Source of the DNA: a virus
Lineage: Duplodnaviria > Caudoviricetes
Direction: 5' to 3' (one strand)
IMG/VR virus record: IMGVR_UViG_3300008267_000043
Coordinates: 1-63,096 of that record
DNA length: 63,096 nucleotides
A model generated the notes under the pieces. The model made no database searches. It worked only from the letters and a program-made list of their open reading frames with translations, and was not told the origin of the DNA. Shown here piece by piece: positions 56,717-63,096 of this stretch (position 1 is the stretch's first letter; the number at the start of each line of letters is the position of its first letter). A program made the position numbers and the translations under genes.

Positions 56717-57895
56717 CTGAATTTAAGTACCGAATCACATACAACAACGGTAATTTTGCTGATTGGGATGCGATGCAGAAAGAACTGGCGTGGGCCTACA
56801 AATGGGGCATCTTCTTGTATGCCATCCGTTTAAACATTGGCGCATGGAGGGCAGGGCATAAGTCATTCAAGTATTGGCTGTATGTCTTACGCAGGAAACC
56901 AAAAATCACAAGGGAGCGAACATGATTGATGACCCCGAAGACGAAGCGTTCAACGAGATTGAACGGCAAGCACAACAACGCAAGGAGGCTGTGAAAGCCA
57001 GCGTATCTCTGAACCCATACCGAAGCCAAGTCATTGAAGAAGTGGCGCAACACATTGAGAAGATGAAGGGCTTTGGTCAGGACACTGTGCAGAGTTTTGC
57101 AACGTACATCAGGGGGTTGAAATGAACAACGAAAAAGTAATCGCCCTACCAGCATCCACAAACTACACGGCTGAACAAGCATTGCAGTCCGCACTGCAAA
57201 TGGAGTTGACCGATGTGATGGTTATTGGGTACGACTTTGAAGGGGAACTGTTTGTGCGTTCGTCCAAGATGACCCGAGCAGAGGGTTTGTTTATGGTGAA
57301 GAAGGCTGAGGAGTGGAGTATGTATGGGGGTAAAGAATGACTTGTCCTGACTGCGAACGATACAAACTCAGTGCGTCCATGTGGCGCAACGAAGCGTACA
57401 AACATGCGGGAGTAGAACTGCCGTGGAACCCTGAAGAACTGCTACGCAAAGAGTACGAGCGTGGGTTCATTGATGGGATGCAAGAGCAACTGCGTAGAGT
57501 AGTTGATAAAAAAGTAAAGGGGGGCACATGACCGCAAACGACTTGCACGACCTGAGTAAATTCTTGATGGACTTGCACTTTATCCAAGCCAACGCAATCG
57601 TAGGGGCTGAGTTGCAGGGTAACAAACAAGCCATCAAGTACATGAAGCGCATCGCAGAACTGCGTGAGTTGATTAAGTTGGAAGCCGGAATCAAGGAGAA
57701 GCAAGCATGAGTGTTCCGTACAACAACGACACAAGAGACAGCTACGTTGAACGCATGAAAGGCAACCATTTGGATATAGCTGAAACGCACTATGACCTTG
57801 GCAACAAGGTGTCCATGTGGCAACAGTTGTTTACATGGGTGCAAGCTGGCGAAATATACGGCGATCACTGGGACAAATTGAAGGAGAAGCTATGA
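56713..57895 (+). other. Run of six small translationally coupled hypothetical genes (56713-56925, 56922-57125, 57122-57340, 57337-57531, 57528-57710, 57707-57895)
   Basis: Consecutive ATGA overlaps, each with an RBS. Confidence 0.65.
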
Positions 57896-58125
57896 CACAA
57901 GACATCATTGAGATGGCAAGACAGGCTGGCTTTGAAATTGATTGCTGTTCTCTTGATTGGCATAAGCGAATAACAGCCTTTGCCAACCTTGTAGCCGCCA
58001 AGGAAAGAGAAGCCTGTGCAAAGTTGTGTGATGACATTGAATTACGGTGCATTGCAAAAGATGTTGATGACCCGCCATTGAAGCACGTTGCCGCCGCCAT
58101 TAGAGCCAGAGGAGAACAAGCATGA
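57892..58125 (+). CDS. Small modular phage protein (EREACAK..AAAIRARG)
   Basis: Motif I recall as common in proteobacterial phage accessory genes. Confidence 0.65.
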   Translation: MTQDIIEMARQAGFEIDCCSLDWHKRITAFANLVAAKEREACAKLCDDIELRCIAKDVDDPPLKHVAAAIRARGEQA

Positions 58126-58520
58126 CACAAGACATCAAAGATGTATTGAAGCTGGCGCTTGAGGGCGTGGAAATCCATTCGCCTAATTCGCCTGAATACA
58201 TTGTGTGTGCCGCATTGATTGAAGCCTTGAGAGAAAACGCCATGCGTGAAGTCCAGAGGCTTGGGCAAGAGATTGAGCAAGAGCCTGTGGCGTTGCCTTG
58301 TTGCGGTTACGCAGATGCAAGTGCAGTCAAATGGAACCCACATAACCAAGTCGTGCAATGCCATAACTGCGGACAAGTCTACGAGACCCCACCACAACGC
58401 AAGCCGTTGACGGATGAGCAGATTGAAGACGCATGGCGCAAAGTAGAGACAGGTGACTTTTACGATTGCGTACAGCCTTTTGCCAGAGCCATTGAAGCCG
58501 CCCACGGCATAAGGGATTGA
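58122..58520 (+). CDS. Modular phage protein (QEPVA...PLTDEQI...FARAIE)
   Basis: Same general modular class; Cys-containing insert. Confidence 0.65.
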   Translation: MTQDIKDVLKLALEGVEIHSPNSPEYIVCAALIEALRENAMREVQRLGQEIEQEPVALPCCGYADASAVKWNPHNQVVQCHNCGQVYETPPQRKPLTDEQIEDAWRKVETGDFYDCVQPFARAIEAAHGIRD

Positions 58521-58521
58521 A

Positions 58522-58725
58522 GTGACTGACAGCCCCTGCATAGCAGTCTGCACAACCTTGTATGACGAGGTATGCAAGGGATGTGGTCGGACATACATTG
58601 AGGTGGCGCAGTGGAACGGCATGACAGAAGAAGAAAAGCAAAAGATATGGACACGCATTGATGCAGAGGCAACAGCGTGGCGATACAACATCTACAAAAA
58701 CCGAGTGATTGAAAGGAACACATGA
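58522..58725 (+). CDS. DUF1289-like Cys-rich protein
   Basis: SPCIAVC...CKGCGRT..E...W. Confidence 0.75.
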   Translation: MTDSPCIAVCTTLYDEVCKGCGRTYIEVAQWNGMTEEEKQKIWTRIDAEATAWRYNIYKNRVIERNT

Positions 58726-58943
58726 GCTGGAAAAATATAACGATTGAGTACATCAAGGCGCTGGTCAAGCCAAGGCCGATCAGCGAAATCATCGAGCAAG
58801 AATTGCGTGAAGCGTATTTGAGGAAGATGCAAGCAGAGACAGACCTTGAATACTCAAGGTCAATCGTTCAGTACAACCAACAACGTATTGAGCGTTTAGA
58901 GAGACGACTGTATGAACATTCCGATGGAGATGGCCGTGATTAG
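58722..58943 (+). CDS. Small coiled-coil protein
   Basis: 73 aa, translationally coupled. Confidence 0.6.
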   Translation: MSWKNITIEYIKALVKPRPISEIIEQELREAYLRKMQAETDLEYSRSIVQYNQQRIERLERRLYEHSDGDGRD

Positions 58944-59145
58944 CAGAGCAATTCTTTTGAGCGCAGTAATTGGGTGGGCAGGGAGTAACTTGCTGGCCAC
59001 AGCAGAACCAGCAAAGCCCTTGACCCCAGCGCAGTTGCAAGCCAAGGCCAAACAGAAGTCGGTGAGCAACGTGTGCAAGGGCAAGAGAAAAAGCAAGACC
59101 GTAAAAGAAATATGCAAACGATGGGAGGAACAACAAAATGCTTGA
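58912..59145 (+). CDS. Small protein with a signal-like N-terminus
   Basis: Hydrophobic N-terminus and two Cys. Confidence 0.5.
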   Translation: MNIPMEMAVISRAILLSAVIGWAGSNLLATAEPAKPLTPAQLQAKAKQKSVSNVCKGKRKSKTVKEICKRWEEQQNA

Positions 59146-59305
59146 AGTAATCAGAACATTTTTTGGCAGGGTGCGTGGGCAACACCGAGAAAAAGAAACC
59201 GTAGTTGTTGAAGGGAAGATGTGGCGCTGTACTCAATGCCAGATGATTTTTATAACCAAGTCAGCAGGAGAACAGCATCAATGCCAAGACCAAAAAGTGA
59301 GTTGA
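59138..59305 (+). CDS. Small zinc-finger protein (55 aa)
   Basis: Translated by hand: WRCTQC...EQHQC; GGAGG RBS. Confidence 0.55.
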   Translation: MLEVIRTFFGRVRGQHREKETVVVEGKMWRCTQCQMIFITKSAGEQHQCQDQKVS

Positions 59306-59478
59306 CTGACAACTGCAAAATCATAGGCGTTCGATTAACACAATGGGAGTTTGAAGAATGGAAGAAGTTGGGTGCACAGAAGTGGCTACGAAAGTTGTTA
59401 AAAGAAAGCAAGCTAAAAGCCGTCCCGTCATTGAGCAACTACTTGCAAGAAACGAATGGAACCCGTTTGAAAGAGTAG
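59281..59478 (+). CDS. Ribbon-helix-helix-like DNA-binding protein
   Basis: MPRPK...IGVRLT..E...WKKLG..KWLRKLL. Confidence 0.5.
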   Translation: MPRPKSELTDNCKIIGVRLTQWEFEEWKKLGAQKWLRKLLKESKLKAVPSLSNYLQETNGTRLKE

Positions 59479-59563
59479 ACCCAAAGATACTGGCGCACCT
59501 GCACAAGAAGCATGAGCAGACAGCACGTAAGTTTTTGTTAGTTAATTTTGAGGAGGCAACATT

Positions 59564-59815
59564 TTGAACACAAAGAACACCAGCACCAGCGCACTGGACA
59601 AGCAGGTAGGGGGCAACTACTACAAGGCCATGAAGATTCAGCCAGTGCAGTTTATCCATGCGAACAACATTGGATACCTTGAAGGCAACATCATCAAATA
59701 TGTTTGCAGATGGAGAGGCAAGAACGGCATGGCCGACCTTGAGAAAGCCAAACACTACATCGAGTTGTTGATGGCATTGGAGGGCGGCGATGCTGACACC
59801 AGAGAGGAAAGTTAA
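59564..59815 (+). CDS. DUF3310 protein
   Basis: QVGG.YY...GNIIKYVCR...KNG..DLEKA.HY. Confidence 0.85.
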   Translation: MNTKNTSTSALDKQVGGNYYKAMKIQPVQFIHANNIGYLEGNIIKYVCRWRGKNGMADLEKAKHYIELLMALEGGDADTREES

Positions 59816-60077
59816 AGCCGCAGTTGTGAAGGTGTTGAAGCAGTACGGTGCGTATTGTTTCTACCCCGTAGCGGGAGGCTTTGGCTCTAGCGGCATACCA
59901 GACATTGTGGTGTGTTACAGGGGCAGATTCATAGGTATCGAGTGCAAGGCTGGCAAGGGTAAGACCACCGCATTGCAGGAGAAGAACCTACAACAGATCA
60001 GAGACAGCGGGGGCATTGCTCTTGTAGTCAATGAGGAGAACCTGCACACCGTGCAGGAAGTTTTAGACAGTATCTAG
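59790..60077 (+). CDS. VRR-NUC nuclease (resolvase-like)
   Basis: E.KV, GIPD, IECKA and LQ motifs. Confidence 0.85.
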   Translation: MLTPERKVKAAVVKVLKQYGAYCFYPVAGGFGSSGIPDIVVCYRGRFIGIECKAGKGKTTALQEKNLQQIRDSGGIALVVNEENLHTVQEVLDSI

Positions 60078-60086
60078 GAGACCAAC

Positions 60087-60713
60087 ATGGGAACAATCGC
60101 AGATGAACTGAAAAAAGTTATGACTCAATGGGACAACACGTCCACAACCGAAACCAACGCAAAGGAAACAACAGTGAACACAACCACAAATAACTCTGAA
60201 CAACGCATGACTATCCGTGACAAGTTGATGCTCATCCTCAACGCCAACCCCGGTGTGAACGGTGTAGAACTCTGTGACTTGACAGCAGAAAGATACCCCG
60301 AAGTTTCAAAGGGCTCGCTCACGTCCACCATAACTCAGCTTGCACAACAGCACTACGCGACACGCAAGCCAGCCACCGTCAACAACCGTGCATCGTATTG
60401 CTACTACCCAGTGGATGACTCGACACGCAAGGCGCTGGTGGCAGAGGAAGAACGTCAGTTGAAACTTGCCCGTGCCCGTGCAGAGAAAGCCCGTGCCGCC
60501 AAAGCCGCCAAAGCCGCTGAGAGACAAGCTGAGGTTGAACCCAACGAACCTGCGCCAGTTGTTACGCAAGCACCTGCACCTGCGCCTGCGCCCACACCAG
60601 AACCTGCGCCAATCATCAAGTCAACGTGGGATGCGAAGACTGCACTGGAAGGCATCAGTGTGTTGCAAGCACGTGAGCTGTACAACGAGCTGAAAAACAT
60701 TTTTGGCAACTGA
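60087..60713 (+). CDS. Winged-helix-like protein with a Pro/Ala linker
   Basis: ILNANPGVNGVEL...SLTSTITQL; C-terminal SVLQARELYNELK. Confidence 0.55.
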   Translation: MGTIADELKKVMTQWDNTSTTETNAKETTVNTTTNNSEQRMTIRDKLMLILNANPGVNGVELCDLTAERYPEVSKGSLTSTITQLAQQHYATRKPATVNNRASYCYYPVDDSTRKALVAEEERQLKLARARAEKARAAKAAKAAERQAEVEPNEPAPVVTQAPAPAPAPTPEPAPIIKSTWDAKTALEGISVLQARELYNELKNIFGN

Positions 60714-60780
60714 GGTGAGCAAGAACTACACATGGGGGTGGACAGACCCCCGTGTACAACCAACAGGAGAGGGGAGAGAT

Positions 60781-61062
60781 ATGGCGATATCAACAGACAG
60801 AGGGATTGGCTCATGGCATCGTGAGGGTTTTGAAAACCACGTCGTCAAAGAAGTCAGGATGCTCTTGGACAAAGCGGAAGACCGACATAGAAACGATATG
60901 GAATCGCTCATGGCTAAGTTTGACAGCCAGATGCACGACCTACGCAGGAAAGTTAACACCACAAATGGGTTTTACACATGGCTGATTGAGGTGTACCCAG
61001 AGACAGTGGCGCAGTACAAGGCGTTGATGGACTTACAAAAACTAGGAGAGAAACATGAATGA
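60781..61062 (+). CDS. W-x4-YP family paralog 1
   Basis: FYTWLIEVYPETVAQYKALMDL. Confidence 0.7.
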   Translation: MAISTDRGIGSWHREGFENHVVKEVRMLLDKAEDRHRNDMESLMAKFDSQMHDLRRKVNTTNGFYTWLIEVYPETVAQYKALMDLQKLGEKHE

Positions 61063-61321
61063 AGGTGAATGGAAAGCAAACCACTTTGCAGACCCAGATG
61101 TACGTAAAGCCATGAGGCAGTTGCAGGACATGCGCTATGACTTGCAGATACAAGTTGAAGCCCTGACGGATTACACCGCATGGATTGAGGCAACGTATCC
61201 CAACATCAAGGCTGAGTACAAAGCTATCCAAGATTTGGAAGAAGCCAGCAGAGAACGTTCGCCACTTGGGTTTGCCCAAGCGCAAGCGAAAGCGGAGGGT
61301 AGCCATGTCTCTTATGAATAG
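61055..61321 (+). CDS. W-x4-YP family paralog 2
   Basis: YTAWIEATYPNIKAEYKAIQDL. Confidence 0.7.
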   Translation: MNEGEWKANHFADPDVRKAMRQLQDMRYDLQIQVEALTDYTAWIEATYPNIKAEYKAIQDLEEASRERSPLGFAQAQAKAEGSHVSYE

Positions 61322-61640
61322 CATCGGACTTGGGGGCATATTTGGTAGCCAAGCCAGCCAAGGAAGTATTCAGAACCTACCATCATCACAAGCAACACAA
61401 CTGGGGCAAGGCATGTGGGTTACCACATCCGGCAACACAAGTGGGCAGATGTTAACGGGGGGAATACAGGCACAGCAACAAACTAGCACCCTAACACACA
61501 GTTTGTTAGAAGAAAATAAAAAGTTGTTGGTGGAAATCAAAGACGAACTGCTGGACATGAAGAAGTGGCTGATCGCCACGTACCCAGACATATACAAACA
61601 GTATGTGTGCGTCAAACAACTTGAGGAGGCAAGCAAATGA
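61305..61640 (+). CDS. W-x4-YP family paralog 3
   Basis: MKKWLIATYPDIYKQYVCVKQL. Confidence 0.7.
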   Translation: MSLMNSIGLGGIFGSQASQGSIQNLPSSQATQLGQGMWVTTSGNTSGQMLTGGIQAQQQTSTLTHSLLEENKKLLVEIKDELLDMKKWLIATYPDIYKQYVCVKQLEEASK

Positions 61641-61972
61641 GCACAATGAAATCCCCGTACGAGGCGTACACCGCACGGTCAGCCATGAAACCCAATCAGG
61701 GGGTAGCAAGTGACCTCATCAGCAACGTACGATCACAGGGTGAGACAACATCAGAACTGTTCAGCATGTGCCTACAAATGTTGAATGACCATGCACTGCA
61801 CATCGACAGATTGAAACTGCAACTACATGAGACCAATGAGTTTATGAAGTGGGTATCTGAGACGCACCAAGAAGCGTTCAGTGAATACAAGGCAATCAGA
61901 GACCTTACCGTTGCAAGTGGTGGGGCTAACTCTACATTGACCAACATGTTGAAAGAATGGGGGGAAGCATGA
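61637..61972 (+). CDS. W-x4-YP family paralog 4
   Basis: FMKWVSETHQEAFSEYKAIRDL. Confidence 0.7.
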   Translation: MSTMKSPYEAYTARSAMKPNQGVASDLISNVRSQGETTSELFSMCLQMLNDHALHIDRLKLQLHETNEFMKWVSETHQEAFSEYKAIRDLTVASGGANSTLTNMLKEWGEA

Positions 61973-62232
61973 ACACAATCGAACGGGCAAACCACCACTA
62001 TTACAGCTCAACTGCGGCAAGAGGGTATACCCCAAGCATTGACCTCAACAGCCAAATAAACAACGCAGTACAAAACATCAACATGACTTTGAGCGACCAT
62101 GCCAATCGTCTTGATTCGCTTTTCATGGAACTCAATGACATGCGGGGTTTTTACATGTGGATAGTGAACACGTACCCTGAACATCTGGAACAGTACCGTG
62201 CGATTTTTGATTTGAAGGAAGCAAGCAAATGA
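61969..62232 (+). CDS. W-x4-YP family paralog 5
   Basis: FYMWIVNTYPEHLEQYRAIFDL. Confidence 0.7.
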   Translation: MNTIERANHHYYSSTAARGYTPSIDLNSQINNAVQNINMTLSDHANRLDSLFMELNDMRGFYMWIVNTYPEHLEQYRAIFDLKEASK

Positions 62233-62462
62233 ATAAAACCCCACAAATCATGGGTGAAGTTTTTGATGACGGCCAATTCCGTGGGCACGGCATAGCGCCC
62301 TCTGATGTGCATATCGAAAACGGGATAAAGGTGGGGAGATACGTCCTGCTGGATTCTGATGAGGACACGTTCTACATTTTTATTGACACGGGACAGGTGG
62401 GGGCGTTCAAGAAGTCAGACTTTGAAGCCCACGTTGCCGCTTTCTTTGGGTTGAACTTCTGA
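62229..62462 (+). CDS. Hypothetical protein upstream of polA
   Basis: 77 aa, coupled to the polA start. Confidence 0.65.
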   Translation: MNKTPQIMGEVFDDGQFRGHGIAPSDVHIENGIKVGRYVLLDSDEDTFYIFIDTGQVGAFKKSDFEAHVAAFFGLNF

Positions 62463-63096
62463 TGGATGTAATCACACTGGACTTTGAAACGTACTACACC
62501 AACACTGACTTGGGCTTCAAGAAGCAAACGACTGAGGAGTACGTACGTGACCCACGCTTCCACGCCATCGGTGTGGCGGTCAAAGTCAATGACGGGGCAA
62601 CACGTTGGTGTTCAGGCACACACAACCAGATCAAGGCGTTCCTCAAAACCTTTGACTGGAACAACGCCCTTGCGGTGGCACACAACGCCATATTTGATAT
62701 GGCCATCTTGAACTGGCACTTCGACATTCGCCCCAAGGGGATTGCAGACACCCTGAGCATGGGACGTGCTATTCATGGCATCGAGGTGGGCAACAGCTTG
62801 GACAAGCTGACTCAACATTACAAGTTGGGGCAAAAGGGCGACGACACCAGATGGGCAATCAACTTACGGCGTGAGGACTTCACAGCGCAACAGCTTGCTC
62901 AGTATGGGGCGTACTGCGTCAATGATGTGAACCTGACCTATGACTTGTTCAGGACGTTGATGCCCATGTTCAAGATGTCCGAACTCAAGCTGGTTGACCT
63001 GACCATCAGGATGTTTACAGAACCTGTATTGCGCCTTGACCCGGATCAGCTTTCTAAACATCTTGTGGAAGTACGTGATAGCAAGGCAAAACTTCT
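62462..63096 (+). CDS. polA: DNA polymerase A, N-terminal 3'-5' exonuclease part (continues at position 1)
   Basis: MDVITLDFETYY (ExoI), AHNAIFD (ExoII) and YCVND (ExoIII); in frame with 30..1301. Confidence 0.92.
   Translation, partial: MDVITLDFETYYTNTDLGFKKQTTEEYVRDPRFHAIGVAVKVNDGATRWCSGTHNQIKAFLKTFDWNNALAVAHNAIFDMAILNWHFDIRPKGIADTLSMGRAIHGIEVGNSLDKLTQHYKLGQKGDDTRWAINLRREDFTAQQLAQYGAYCVNDVNLTYDLFRTLMPMFKMSELKLVDLTIRMFTEPVLRLDPDQLSKHLVEVRDSKAKL

Noticed and set aside
63036-63096. Biological direct terminal repeat
   Set aside because: The 61-nt exact overlap falls in the middle of polA, which is typical of an assembler circularisation overlap.
1-63096. tRNA genes, diversity-generating retroelement or stop-codon recoding
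   Set aside because: I noticed no cloverleaf/T-loop pattern in the intergenic gaps by eye (tRNAscan not run), no reverse transcriptase motifs, and core genes are intact under the standard code.

Overview
This window is an apparently complete circular genome of a tailed dsDNA phage, 63,035 bp plus a 61-nt end overlap. It looks podovirus-like and resembles uncultured freshwater phages; a Betaproteobacteria host is my inference. The + arm starts at ~46.9 kb, crosses the window ends and finishes at 9.2 kb. It carries early small genes, a DUF3150-like/AAA+/HExxH-VWA operon, a five-gene paralog array, PolA (L762 type), a PD-(D/E)XK nuclease, an SNF2 helicase, an SSB and a primase-helicase. The - arm (46.5 to 9.3 kb) carries terminase, portal, GroES, capsid, adaptor/tail, lysis genes and large ejection-type proteins. 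I saw no integrase, tRNA or CRISPR array. The most notable unexplained signals are: (1) nine copies of the palindrome TTTCGTAC-N-GTACGAAA confined to the first 8 kb of the early region; (2) five tandem paralogs sharing a W-x4-YP-x5-Y-x-A-x2-DL C-terminal module; (3) a recurring [FYML]-x-x-G-G tag in nine late proteins, together with a duplicated G-x(3-4)-D...E-x(0-1)-V module; (4) several candidate structured RNAs, including a double-pseudoknot leader and an anti-SD sRNA complementary to a phage RBS; (5) an origin-like inverted repeat around a DnaA box; (6) a probable ATT-initiated gene. All functional calls come from motif recognition only; no database search was run.
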